Positions 10,029 to 19,342 of a DNA stretch of 64,000 bases are shown piece by piece. The translations under genes and the position numbers were made by a program. The DNA lies in assembly GCF_019636135.1 (NCBI RefSeq), contig NZ_JAHBYD010000021.1, positions 12,166 through 76,165 of the forward strand, written 5' to 3'. The notes beneath the pieces are model-generated. The model searched no databases. It was not told the origin of the DNA and worked only from the letters and a program-made list of their open reading frames with translations. Position 1 is the first letter of the stretch; the number at the start of each line of letters is the position of its first letter. The DNA comes from Phenylobacterium sp. GTDB taxonomy: Bacteria > Pseudomonadota > Alphaproteobacteria > Caulobacterales > Caulobacteraceae.

Positions 10029-11125
10029 TAGAGCGTGACGCGATTTGGCGGAATCGAGATTCTCAAATCAGCGATGATCTGATTCACCGTTGGGACTGGA
10101 AGGAGGCCAGCCCGGATGACGGCTCCCTATTCGATGGATCTTCGCGAGCGCGCGTTGGCGCGGAAGGCGGCGGGCGAGACGCACCGGCAGATCGCCGAGG
10201 CGCTGCGGATCGCGCCGTCGTGCCTGTCGAAGTGGAGCCGGCGGGCGCGTGAGACCGGGTCGGCAGGGCCGGCGCAGGTCGGCGGCTACAAGCCCCGGAC
10301 GCTGTCGGGCGAGATCGCCGAGTGGCTACGTCAGCGGATCAAGGCCGGCCCGTTCACGCTGCGGGGGCTGACAGCGGAGTTGGCTGAGCAGGGGGTCAAG
10401 ACGCAGCCGCGGGCGGTCTGGGTCTTCGTCCACGACGAGGGGCTGAGCTTCAAAAAAGGCCCTGCTGGCCGAGGAGCAGACGCGGCCTGACGTGGCTCGC
10501 CGCAGGGTGCGCTGGAAGGCCCACCAGATGAAGGTCGCCGCCCAGCGGCTGGTCTTCATCGACGAGACCCCCGCCTTCGCGGGGGCAGGCTCTGGATCAA
10601 GACCAACATGGCGCCCCTGCGCGGCTGGGGACCGCGCGGCTGGGGACCGCGCGGCTGGGGACCGCGCGGCCGGCGCCTTCGGGCCTATGCGCCCCACGGC
10701 CACTGGAAGACGCTGACCTTCATCGCCGCCCTCCGGTGCGACCGGATCGACGCGCCCTTCGTCTTCGACGGACCCATCAACGGCGAGGCCTTCCTGCTCT
10801 ACGTCGAGAGGATGCTCGCCCCCACGCTGAAGCCCGGCGACGTGGTGATCATGGACAACATGGGCAGCCACAAGGGAAAGGCTGCCCGCGCCGCCATCCG
10901 CGCCCAGGGCGCGCACCTCATCTTCCTGCCGCCCTACTCACCCGACCTGAACCCATCGAACAGGTCTTCGCCAAGCTGAAGCCCTTCATGCGACAGGCCC
11001 AACCGCGCGACGTCGAGGCCACCTGGCGAAAGGCCGGACAACTCCTCGACCGCTTTAGCCCCAGCCAATGCGCCAACTATCTCCTCAACGCCGGATACGC
11101 TTCCGTGTGATCGAGTCCCGCTCCA
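10029..11125 (+). mobile_element. IS630-family insertion sequence (decayed)
   Basis: Imperfect terminal IRs TAGAGCGTGACGCGAT (10029-10044) and ATCGAGTCCCGCTCCA (11110-11125), 13/16 match, enclosing a transposase. Confidence 0.85.
10116..11110 (+). pseudogene. IS630 transposase, disrupted
   Basis: MTAPYSMDLRER HTH N-terminus, FKK slippage site, VFIDET, VIMDNMGSHK and FLPPYSPDLN(P)IEQVFAKLK. Broken by a 23-bp insertion (10570-10592) and a 1-bp loss near 10953; it also carries an in-frame 15-bp triplication. Confidence 0.88.
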
Positions 11126-11143
11126 GAGGTAGCCGAGACTGAA

Positions 11144-11158
11144 TGGCGGTGGGGGCAG
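11144..11158 (+). repeat. 15-bp direct repeat copy 1 (TGGCGGTGGGGGCAG; tRNA 3'-end-like on minus strand)
   Basis: Identical to 63141-63155. The reverse complement ends in ...CACCGCCA. Confidence 0.45.
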
Positions 11159-11194
11159 TCAGGAGCCTACGCTGCTCCCGGGGCGCCGTTGGAT

Positions 11195-11671
11195 TCAGGC
11201 CAGCGGAATCAACTTCTTCCGGATGAAATCGACGCGACCCAGCAGAAGCTCGGCGTGTTCCCGCGTTGGCGCTACCTCGACCGGAAATGCCTCGCTGAGA
11301 TCTTCCTCGGCCATCACGCGATCGGCCCAATCCTCCATAAGTTCGCAGTAGACGCCCAGCGCCTCGCCAGGAGTCGGAGCCGCGTCTGTCACGAAGTAGG
11401 CGGGCGGAAGATCACCTACGGCTACCCAAAGCCACTCGTCTCGGCCGCCAGGTAGCGGGCGGGAAAAGTGGGCGAGGAAGAGCGCCAGCACTCCACCGAG
11501 GCCATAGCCCAGAAAAAGCTGGGCGATTGGCGGAGCCCAGTGATGAGACGCGATGTACGCTTCTGCATCCCGGGCCATCTCTGCGAGAAGCGCGCTGTCT
11601 TCCGCATCGTCGCCGGTCAGGTCGGGTGCGAGTTGGAACCCCGATACATCAGGAGCTGCTTGTAACGGCAT
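11195..11671 (-). CDS. Hypothetical protein, weak DUF4826-like resemblance
   Basis: 158-aa ORF with WLWVAVGDLPPAY motif, in visibly more AT-rich DNA than its neighbours. Confidence 0.6.
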   Translation of the reverse strand: MPLQAAPDVSGFQLAPDLTGDDAEDSALLAEMARDAEAYIASHHWAPPIAQLFLGYGLGGVLALFLAHFSRPLPGGRDEWLWVAVGDLPPAYFVTDAAPTPGEALGVYCELMEDWADRVMAEEDLSEAFPVEVAPTREHAELLLGRVDFIRKKLIPLA

Positions 11672-11883
11672 CTCGCTACCGTATCGGGGCCAAGCCGACG
11701 TGTCTTTGCTGCTTACAGATATAGATCGGGCGTCGGGTCATCCGGGGCTGGAAAGCCCCCCATGTCGTACCAGAAGTGTTCCGGCGTATCGATCCGTATG
11801 CGACCCGAGGCGAGCCCGCTGAGATTCATCGGAAGGCCCGCCAGCCCAAGCGCCCCGTCATCGGCGCTCTCGCCGTCATCATC

Positions 11884-12351
11884 CTAGTCGTGGCGGCCGA
11901 CCTCTGCGGCGGTGAAGGTCATGGCCTCGCCCCAGTCCTCGTGGAGGAGGTGGGCCGTCCGGAGCAGCGGCGCCTTGCCGAGGCGCCGCGCGAGTTCCTC
12001 GCCCATGAGCAGCATCGCCTCCTGGGCGTCCCGCCGCATCCGTTCGCCCAGGGGCGTCACGACCACCTCCTTGACCCGGCCGTTGGAGGGGTCGTCGGCC
12101 AGCGCGACGATGCCCAGCTCGACCATCTGGTTCAGCGTGGCGTGGATGGCCTGGCGGCTGACGCCGAGGCGCCGTGCGATGTCGGACGGGCGGCGCACGC
12201 CGAGCGCGATGTTGGCCATGACCATCGACTGCGGCCGCGTGATCGCCGGCCAGCCGCGCGCCTGGAAGAAGTTCTGGAGGCCTTCGTCGAACCAGTAGAA
12301 GCCCTGCAGCAGCGAGAGCAGCAGGTGCCTGATATCCGCCTCCGCCGTCAC
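11884..12351 (-). CDS. MarR-family transcriptional regulator
   Basis: Winged-HTH pattern SDIARRLGVSRQAIHATLNQM...DPSNGRVKEVVVTPLG. Confidence 0.85.
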   Translation of the reverse strand: MTAEADIRHLLLSLLQGFYWFDEGLQNFFQARGWPAITRPQSMVMANIALGVRRPSDIARRLGVSRQAIHATLNQMVELGIVALADDPSNGRVKEVVVTPLGERMRRDAQEAMLLMGEELARRLGKAPLLRTAHLLHEDWGEAMTFTAAEVGRHD

Positions 12352-12429
12352 CGGGTCCGTCGCCTCCCTGGCCTGGGGCCTGAGTGGGGCGCGCGCCGGG
12401 CGATGTCAAAGCGTTTGACGGTTCGCGGG

Positions 12430-13710
12430 CTACTCCGCAGCGGCGGCGGGCGGCGCGTTGCGGGTCGTGAAGGCGCGCCAGTCGGCGTCCCTGGGAACCA
12501 GGCCCTCGAACGAGGCCAGGTGGGCGTGCGGCGTCCCGCCCGCGGCGGCGCCGATCGCCGGCTCGCCCGCCAGCACCGCCTTGGCGGCGGCCACCATCTG
12601 GCGGCGGAACTGGATGATCGCCCCGTCGCTCGATCCCAGGTGGTCGGCGCTGCGGTCGGCAATGGGGCCCATGCTCTCCCACATGGCCATGTCCTGCGCG
12701 GGGATGCCGACGATGCCGGTGAAGTCGCCGGCCTTCATCGCCTCGCGGTCCTGCAGAAAGTTGTTCGAGAGGTTGCGCGCCTTGCGCCAGTCGGCGTCGA
12801 GGTCCACGCCCGGCTCGGCGGCGCAGAAGCGGCGCCAGGCGTCCTGCGAGATGCCCTTCGTCGGGTGCCAGGCCATCCAGTAGAACATGCAGTTCACGTC
12901 GTCGATCGGCACCAGCATCTGGGCCAGGTTGTACTGGTCGTTCGGCGGGATGAGCACCGTGAAGGGCGCCACGAACACCGTCGTGCGGATGTAGGCGTGG
13001 GTCTCGGGATCGCGGATCGGCCGGCGGATGGCGGCGTAGTGGAAGCCGTAGTCGGTGGCCTGGACCTCCAGGCGCGGGGCCTTGTCGTTGGAGGGCCGCA
13101 GCCAGGCCGTGTCGGTGGCGGTCGAGCCCTCGACCTCGGCGGTCGGCATGTTGGTCGAATGCAGGCTGGACGAGTGGGCGCTGTCGATCGCGCCCTCCAG
13201 CACCTGCGCCCAGTTGCACGCGGCGTGCATCTTCACGATCGACACCCGGGTGGTGGGCAGCGGCGCCCAGGCCGGCGGCTCGAACGGCCGCATCGCGTCG
13301 GGCTCGCCCAGCCAGGCCCAGACGAAGCCGCCCGCCTCGTGCGTCGGGTAGGCCTTGTGGCGCAGGTTCTTCATGCGGCTGTCCGGCGGCTCGGACGCCA
13401 TGTCGAGAATCTCGCCGTCCACCCCGAACTTCCAGCCGTGGTACAGGCAGCGCAGGCCGCAGTCCTCGTTGCGGCCGAACGCCAGCGAGGCGCCGCGGTG
13501 CGGACAATGCTCGTCCATCACGCCCACGCGGCCCTTCGAGTCGCGGAACACGACCAGGTCCACGCCCAGCAGGCGCGCGCGCTGCGGCGCGCCGTCGGGG
13601 TCGGAAACCTCCTCGCTCATGCACACCGGCAGCCAGTGCTGGCGCATGATCTGCCCCATCGCGGCGTCGCCTTCCACGCGGCAGAGCAGTTCATTGTCGG
13701 CAGGTCTCAT
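12430..13710 (-). CDS. ophA2: Phthalate 4,5-dioxygenase-type Rieske oxygenase subunit
   Basis: N-terminus DNELLCRVEGDAAMGQIMRQHW, Rieske CPHRGAS...CLYHGW, mononuclear iron EGAIDSAHSSSLH and WLRPSNDKAPR closely follow OphA2/Pht3 as I recall it. Confidence 0.85.
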   Translation of the reverse strand: MRPADNELLCRVEGDAAMGQIMRQHWLPVCMSEEVSDPDGAPQRARLLGVDLVVFRDSKGRVGVMDEHCPHRGASLAFGRNEDCGLRCLYHGWKFGVDGEILDMASEPPDSRMKNLRHKAYPTHEAGGFVWAWLGEPDAMRPFEPPAWAPLPTTRVSIVKMHAACNWAQVLEGAIDSAHSSSLHSTNMPTAEVEGSTATDTAWLRPSNDKAPRLEVQATDYGFHYAAIRRPIRDPETHAYIRTTVFVAPFTVLIPPNDQYNLAQMLVPIDDVNCMFYWMAWHPTKGISQDAWRRFCAAEPGVDLDADWRKARNLSNNFLQDREAMKAGDFTGIVGIPAQDMAMWESMGPIADRSADHLGSSDGAIIQFRRQMVAAAKAVLAGEPAIGAAAGGTPHAHLASFEGLVPRDADWRAFTTRNAPPAAAAE

Positions 13711-13728
13711 GGGCGGTTGTCCGATCAG

Positions 13729-13744
13729 ACTTAGATAGCTAAGT
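13729..13744. promoter_or_regulatory. Palindromic operator ACTTAG-N4-CTAAGT (perfect copy)
   Basis: ACTTAGATAGCTAAGT in the divergent ophA2/ophB gap. Confidence 0.75.
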
Positions 13745-13798
13745 ATTTTATGGGCCAGCACGGCGGCTGTCCAGAAGTGGCGCAGGGAGGCGCGCGAC

Positions 13799-14965
13799 AT
13801 GGCCGACCGGGTGCTCCGCTTCGGCGTCGTCGGGCTCAGCCGCGGGTTCGACCTGACGCGGCCGACGCTGGTCGCCGACCCGCGCGTTTCGCTCGTGGCC
13901 GCCGCCGACCTGCGGCCCGAAGCGCGCGCCGCCTTCGCCGCCGAGTTCGCTGCGCCCGCGTACGACGACGCCGCGGCGCTGTGCGCCGATCCGCAGGTCG
14001 AGGTGGTCTACATCGCCACGCCCCACCAGACCCACGCCGACCTCACGGCGCTCGCCGCCCGCCACGGCAAGCACGTGCTGGTGGAGAAGCCGATGGCGCT
14101 GGACCTCGCCGCCTGCCGCGCGATGATCGCGGCGACCGAGGCGGCCGGCGTCCGGCTGGTGGTGGGCCCCAGCCACGGCTTCGATCCGCCCGTCGCGGCG
14201 GCCGCGGCCCTCGTGGGAAGCGAGGCGTTCGGCCCGGCGCGGATGGTGACCGCGGTCACCTTCACCGATTTCCTGTACCGCCCGCGGCGTCCCGAGGAGC
14301 TGGACAGCGCGCGGGGCGGCGGCGTGGTGTTCAGCCAGGCCGTCCACCAGATCGACGTGGTCCGCCGCCTCGTCGGCCGCCCGGTGCGCAGTGTCCGCGC
14401 GGCGACCGGCGCCTGGGACGCGGGCCGGCCGACCGAGGGCGCCTACCAGGCCTTCCTGACCTTCGAGGGCGGCGCCTCGGCGGCGCTGACCTATTCGGGA
14501 TACGGCCGCTACGACACCGACGCGCTGATGGGCTGGGTGGGCGAGACGGGCGGCGCGCGCGATCCCGCCGCCTACGCCACGGCGCGCCGCCGTCTGGACG
14601 GCGCCGACGAGCCGGCGCTGAAGGCCGCGCGCGCCTACGGCGTCGCGGGCGCCGCGACTCCGGCGCCGGTCGGCCACGAACACTTCGGCTTCGTCCTGGT
14701 GGCTTGCGAGCGTGGCGACCTGCGCCTCACCCCCACCGCCGTCGAGGCTTTCGGGCCGGCGGCGCGCTGGACCGTCGACCTGCCGGCCCCGGACGCCACC
14801 CGCCACGCCGTCGTCGACGAGGTGTGGGACGCGGTCGTCGACGGCAAGGCTCCCCTGCACGATGGGGCCTGGGGCGCGGAGAACCTGGCCGTCTGCCTCG
14901 CCATCCTGCGCTCGGCCGCCGAGGGCCGTGAAATCGCCATCGCTGACCTGGAGATTCGCCCATGA
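13799..14965 (+). CDS. ophB: Phthalate cis-4,5-dihydrodiol dehydrogenase-like (Gfo/Idh/MocA)
   Basis: VYIATPHQTH, VEKPMA, FLYRPRRPEELD and HEHFG motifs. Lies between ophA2 and ophC. Confidence 0.8.
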   Translation: MADRVLRFGVVGLSRGFDLTRPTLVADPRVSLVAAADLRPEARAAFAAEFAAPAYDDAAALCADPQVEVVYIATPHQTHADLTALAARHGKHVLVEKPMALDLAACRAMIAATEAAGVRLVVGPSHGFDPPVAAAAALVGSEAFGPARMVTAVTFTDFLYRPRRPEELDSARGGGVVFSQAVHQIDVVRRLVGRPVRSVRAATGAWDAGRPTEGAYQAFLTFEGGASAALTYSGYGRYDTDALMGWVGETGGARDPAAYATARRRLDGADEPALKAARAYGVAGAATPAPVGHEHFGFVLVACERGDLRLTPTAVEAFGPAARWTVDLPAPDATRHAVVDEVWDAVVDGKAPLHDGAWGAENLAVCLAILRSAAEGREIAIADLEIRP

Positions 14966-15954
14966 GCAAGCTGCGCCTGACGCTGGCATGCTGGGACTAC
15001 GACCGCACCCGCGCCCTGGCCGACGGCCGCGTGCAGCCTGAGGGGATCGACCTCAACTTCCTGCCGCTGCACGTCGAGGAGACCTTCTTCCGCATGCTGC
15101 GCAACCGCGAGTTCGACGTCGCCGAGATGTCGCTCTCGTCGTACTGCGTGTCGCTGACCCGGGACGACCCGGCGTTCATCGCTATCCCGGTCTTCCCGTC
15201 CCGGTTCTTCCGCCACTCGTGCATCTTCGTGTCGGCCCGGAGCGGCATCCGCGAGCCGAAGGACCTGGTCGGCAAGCGCTTCGGCGTGCCGGAATACCAG
15301 ATGACCGCGCCGGTCTGGATCCGCGGCATCCTCTCCGACGAGTACGGCGTCGCGCCGACCTCGGTGAAGTATTTCACGGGCGGCGAGGAGGAGCCCGGGC
15401 GCGACGAGAAGCTGAAGCTCAACCTGCCGCCGCAGTTCAGCGTCACGCCGATCGGGCCGACCCAGACGCTGGCGCAGATGCTGGCGGACGGCGAGATCGA
15501 CGCCCTGCACACCGCCCGCACGCCCTCGACGTTCTACTCCCGCCCCGACGACGTGAAGCGGCTGTTCCCCGACTTCGTGCCGGTGGAGAAGGACTACTTC
15601 CGGCGCACCGGCATCTTCCCGATCATGCACGTCGTGGCCATCCGCCGGAGCGTCTACGAGGCCAACCGATGGATCGCCCAGTCGCTGTTCAAGGCGTTCT
15701 GCGAGGCGCAGGCGGTCACCTACGACAACCTGGCGGTCACCTCGGCCATGACGTCGATGCTGCCCTGGCAGGTGGCGGCCGTCGAAGAGGCCCGCGCGGA
15801 ACTCGGCGACGACTGGTGGCCCTACGGCTTCGCCCGGAACCGCAAGGTGCTCGACACCTTCCTGCGCTACCACCACGAGCAGGGCCTGTCGCCGCGCCGC
15901 CTGGAGCCGGAGGCCCTGTTCGCGCCCGAGACCTTCGAAGCGTTCAAGATCTGA
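14962..15954 (+). CDS. ophC: 4,5-dihydroxyphthalate decarboxylase
   Basis: MSKLRLTLACWDYDRT...EETFFRMLRNREFDVAEMSLSSY and TGIFPIMH, the Pht5/OphC signature. Confidence 0.85.
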   Translation: MSKLRLTLACWDYDRTRALADGRVQPEGIDLNFLPLHVEETFFRMLRNREFDVAEMSLSSYCVSLTRDDPAFIAIPVFPSRFFRHSCIFVSARSGIREPKDLVGKRFGVPEYQMTAPVWIRGILSDEYGVAPTSVKYFTGGEEEPGRDEKLKLNLPPQFSVTPIGPTQTLAQMLADGEIDALHTARTPSTFYSRPDDVKRLFPDFVPVEKDYFRRTGIFPIMHVVAIRRSVYEANRWIAQSLFKAFCEAQAVTYDNLAVTSAMTSMLPWQVAAVEEARAELGDDWWPYGFARNRKVLDTFLRYHHEQGLSPRRLEPEALFAPETFEAFKI

Positions 15955-16439
15955 TGACGGACCTTCCGGACATCGCCGACGAACTGCCGCCCGACCGCAG
16001 CCTGGGCTTCCAGGTCCGCCGCTGCCACCGCGCCTTCGACCGCGTGCTCAACGCGCAACTGGCGCGCGAGGGCCTGGCCAGCGGGTTCTGGTACTTCCTG
16101 CGCGCGCTCTGGCAGGAGAACGGGGCCACGCAGAAGCGCCTGGCCCAGCTCAACAACGTCACAGAGCCCACCGCCGTGGCGATGCTGCGGGCGATGGACG
16201 GCCTGGGCCTGATCGAGCGCGTCCGCAACGCCGAGGACCGGCGCAAGGTCAACGTCTTCCTCACGCCGCGCGGCGAGGCCCTGCGCGGCGCGCTGACGCC
16301 GCATGCGCGCCGCATCAACGCGGTCGCCGGCGAAGGCGTCTCGGCCCGCGACCTCGAGACGTGCCTGCGCGTGCTGAAGAAGATGTCCGACAACCTGGCC
16401 GCCGAGGCCGCCCGCCTGGCGGACGCGCCGCTCAGGTGA
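15954..16439 (+). CDS. MarR-family transcriptional regulator
   Basis: SLGFQVRR...FLRALWQENGATQKRLA...DRRKVNVFLTPRG. Translationally coupled to ophC (TGATG). Confidence 0.88.
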   Translation: MTDLPDIADELPPDRSLGFQVRRCHRAFDRVLNAQLAREGLASGFWYFLRALWQENGATQKRLAQLNNVTEPTAVAMLRAMDGLGLIERVRNAEDRRKVNVFLTPRGEALRGALTPHARRINAVAGEGVSARDLETCLRVLKKMSDNLAAEAARLADAPLR

Positions 16440-16929
16440 TCGCGTAGATGTAGTGGCGCACGCCGCCGGCGACCCGCTCGCCGCAGCCCACGGCCAGTAC
16501 GGCGTTCAGCCACGCGTAGCGGGGGTCGGCGGTCTCGAAGACGGGCGCGATGTGCAGCTTGTAGCGCGAGGGGTCGACGTGCGGCTGGGCCGGGTCGCGG
16601 AACGCGGCGCCCACGTCGGCGGGGACCAGGCTGCGCCCGGTGTAGGTGAGGTAGATCAGCGCCCCGTCGTCGGTGCGCCAGACGCTGCGGGCGTCGAACG
16701 TGCCGACCGCCTCGCCGCCGGGGCCGACGCCGGCCTCGGGCCAGTTGCCGCCGCCCGGCAGGATGTCGCCCTTCAGCCGCGGGCCCTCGAACCGGCCGCC
16801 GGTGATGTAGCCGACACGGCGGTTGCTCCACGGCGAGGCGCCCAGCGAGACGATCTCGCCCACCTCGAACGCCGCGCAGCACAGCGGCTCGCTCTTCAGC
16901 CGGCGATCGCCGAAATCGAAATCCGACAT
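16432..16929 (-). CDS. DUF3237-family protein
   Basis: ITGGRFEGPRLKGDILPGGGNW, FDARSVWRTDDGALIY and PVFET.DPRYAWLN pattern. Confidence 0.8.
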   Translation of the reverse strand: MSDFDFGDRRLKSEPLCCAAFEVGEIVSLGASPWSNRRVGYITGGRFEGPRLKGDILPGGGNWPEAGVGPGGEAVGTFDARSVWRTDDGALIYLTYTGRSLVPADVGAAFRDPAQPHVDPSRYKLHIAPVFETADPRYAWLNAVLAVGCGERVAGGVRHYIYAIT

Positions 16930-16943
16930 CCGTTCTTCCCTCG

Positions 16944-17942
16944 TTAGACCTTGAGCACCAGCTTGCCGACCTGGGCGCCGCCGAACAGCAGGCGCAGCAC
17001 CTCGGGAAAGCGCTCCAGGCCCTCCTCCACGTGCTCGCTCGCCGTGATCGCGCCGCTCGCCAGCCAGGCCGCGAGCGCGGTCCGCGCCTCCGGAAACCGG
17101 GCGGCGAAGTCGTAGACGGAGAACCCCTCCATCCGCGACCGCGTCTCCAGCAGCTTCAGGTAGTTGCGGGCGCCGCTCAGGCCCTGGATGTCGTTGTAGT
17201 CGGCGACGAAGCCGCAGATGGCGATGCGGCCGCGGTGGCGCAGGCCGAGCAGCGCCGCCTCCAGGGTCGGGCCGCCCACGTTGTCGAAGTAGACGTCGAT
17301 CCCGTCCGGCGCCAGTTCGGCGAGGCGGCCCGCGATGTCGTCGCGCCGGTGGTCGATGCAGGCGTCGAAACCGAGGTCGCGCACCGCATGGGCGCACTTG
17401 TCCGGTCCGCCGGCCACGCCGATGACGCGGCATCCCTGCAGCCTGGCGATCTGGCCGGCGACGCCGCCCACCGCGCCCGCCGCGGCCGACACCAGCACCG
17501 TCTCGCCCGGCTTCGGCCGCGCCACGTCCAGCATGCCGAAGTAGGCCGTGAAGCCGGTCATGCCGAGCACGCCGAGATAGCGGGTCAGCGGGACCGCCGG
17601 GTCCACCCGGGTCAGGCCCTCGGTCGGCCCCGCGTAGTGGCTCTGGGAGCCCAGGGGCCCTTCGACCGTGTCGCCCGGCGCGAACCCCGGCGCGCGGCTT
17701 TCGACGACCACGCCCACGCCCCGGGCGCGCACGACGTCGCCGATCGCCACCGGCGGCAGATAGGCTCCGCCGGCGTCCATCTGCGCGCGCAGGGACGGCG
17801 AGACCGAGATGTAGCGCACGGCCACCAGCGCCTCGCCGGAGGCCAGCGGGGCGACCGGCTCCTGGCGGATGTCCCAGTGCTCCGGTCCCGGGAGGCCCGA
17901 CGGGCGCGCCTTGAGGCGGACGGTGGTCCTGACGAAGGTCAT
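16944..17942 (-). CDS. NADP-dependent alkenal/one reductase (MDR, CurA/PTGR-like)
   Basis: LGVLGMTGFTAYFG, VSAAAGAVG, GIDVYFDNVGG and GKLVLKV motifs. Confidence 0.88.
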   Translation of the reverse strand: MTFVRTTVRLKARPSGLPGPEHWDIRQEPVAPLASGEALVAVRYISVSPSLRAQMDAGGAYLPPVAIGDVVRARGVGVVVESRAPGFAPGDTVEGPLGSQSHYAGPTEGLTRVDPAVPLTRYLGVLGMTGFTAYFGMLDVARPKPGETVLVSAAAGAVGGVAGQIARLQGCRVIGVAGGPDKCAHAVRDLGFDACIDHRRDDIAGRLAELAPDGIDVYFDNVGGPTLEAALLGLRHRGRIAICGFVADYNDIQGLSGARNYLKLLETRSRMEGFSVYDFAARFPEARTALAAWLASGAITASEHVEEGLERFPEVLRLLFGGAQVGKLVLKV

Positions 17943-18022
17943 GCCGCCGTGGGCCTGGGCGCGGGTTCGGTCATGCGTCTCGCTCGGGTCCTCGGCGCTT
18001 GAGTCGTCCTGGGCGACAAGAT

Positions 18023-18038
18023 ACTTAGATATCGAATG
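18023..18038. promoter_or_regulatory. ACTTAG-N4-CTAAGT operator copy (9/12)
   Basis: (AT)ACTTAGATATCGAATG overlapping the pcaH ATG. Confidence 0.5.
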
Positions 18039-18740
18039 ACTTTCACCGAGGAATATCGCCGGGAGGACGAGGCGGCCCACCCGCCGCACTTCTCCGAGGC
18101 CTATGCGTCGACCGCGCTCCGGTCGCCGAGGCAGCCGCTGGTGCGCCTGCCCCACACCCTGACCGAGGCGAGCGGCCCCGCGCAGGGCGGCGGCCGGCTG
18201 CTGGGGCCGGCGATGGCGGACCTGACGCGCCAGCACCGCGGCGAGCCGGTGGGCCAGCGGATCGTGGTGGCCGGCCGCGTTCTGGACGAAGACGGCCGCC
18301 CGGTCCCCGACACCCTGATCGAAATCTGGCAGGCCAACGCCGCCGGCCGCTACATCCACGCCCGCGACCAGTGGAACGCGCCGATCGACCCGAACTTCAC
18401 CGGCATGGGGCGCGTGGTCACCGACGAGGCCGGCCGCTACGGCTTCACCTCGGTGCGCCCCGGGGCCTATCCCTGGGGCAACCATCACAACGCCTGGCGG
18501 CCCGCGCACATCCACCTGTCGCTGCTGGGCCCGGCGTTCGCGACGCGGCTGGTGACGCAGATGTACTTCGACGGCGATCCGCTGATCGCGCTGGACCCGA
18601 TCGCCCAGGCCGTGCCGGCGGGTGCGCGCGACCGGCTCGTCGCCCGCTTTGACCTGTCGCTGACCGAGCCCAGCCATGCGCTCGGCTATGCGTTCGACAT
18701 CGTGCTGCGCGGCCGCGCCGCCACGCCGATGGAGCCGTGA
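18036..18740 (+). CDS. pcaH: Protocatechuate 3,4-dioxygenase beta subunit
   Basis: IEIWQANAAGRYIH, PGAYPWGNHHNAWRPAHIH and TQMYF motifs. Confidence 0.95.
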   Translation: MTFTEEYRREDEAAHPPHFSEAYASTALRSPRQPLVRLPHTLTEASGPAQGGGRLLGPAMADLTRQHRGEPVGQRIVVAGRVLDEDGRPVPDTLIEIWQANAAGRYIHARDQWNAPIDPNFTGMGRVVTDEAGRYGFTSVRPGAYPWGNHHNAWRPAHIHLSLLGPAFATRLVTQMYFDGDPLIALDPIAQAVPAGARDRLVARFDLSLTEPSHALGYAFDIVLRGRAATPMEP

Positions 18741-18742
18741 GC

Positions 18743-19342
18743 ATGGCCGGCGGGCGCCTGGGGCAGACCCCGTGGCAGACGGTAGGGCCGTTCTTCCACT
18801 ACGCCCTGCCGGCCCCGGGCGGCGCCGACCTGGTGGGCCAGGCCGACATCGGCGCGCGGGCCGACCTGACCCCCGCCGGGCACTTCCTGCTGACGCCCCT
18901 GTCCCGCGAGACGCCCGTGGGCGACGTGATCGAGGTCGAGGGCCGCATCGTCGACGGGGCCGGCGCGCCGCTGCCCGACGCCCTGGTCGAGATCTGGCAG
19001 GCGGACGGGGAGGGTGCGTTCGGCGACCTGTTCGGCCGCTGCGCGACGGCGGACGACGGCGGCTACGCGTTCCGCACCGTGCTGCCCGGCCGCGTCGCCG
19101 GGCCCGGCAATGCGCTCCAGGCCGCCCACATCGACGTCGGCGTGCTGGGCCGCGGCCTGCTGCGCCGGCTGGTGACGCGCATCTACTTCGAGGGCGAGCC
19201 CGGCCTCGACGAGGACCCGGTGCTGGCGCTCGTGCCCGATGAGCGGCGCGACACGCTCGTGGCGCGGCGCACGGCGCCCGGCCGCTACCGTTTCGACATC
19301 GTCCTGCAGGGGGCGGGCGAGACGGTGTTCTTCGACTGCTGA
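18743..19342 (+). CDS. pcaG: Protocatechuate 3,4-dioxygenase alpha subunit
   Basis: QTPWQTVGPFFH, DALVEIWQAD, LVTRIYF and YRFDIVLQGAGETVFFD motifs. Confidence 0.92.
   Translation: MAGGRLGQTPWQTVGPFFHYALPAPGGADLVGQADIGARADLTPAGHFLLTPLSRETPVGDVIEVEGRIVDGAGAPLPDALVEIWQADGEGAFGDLFGRCATADDGGYAFRTVLPGRVAGPGNALQAAHIDVGVLGRGLLRRLVTRIYFEGEPGLDEDPVLALVPDERRDTLVARRTAPGRYRFDIVLQGAGETVFFDC

Noticed and set aside
10619-10670. Short tandem repeat as a CRISPR candidate
   Set aside because: No spacers, it lies within a transposase, and there are no cas genes.
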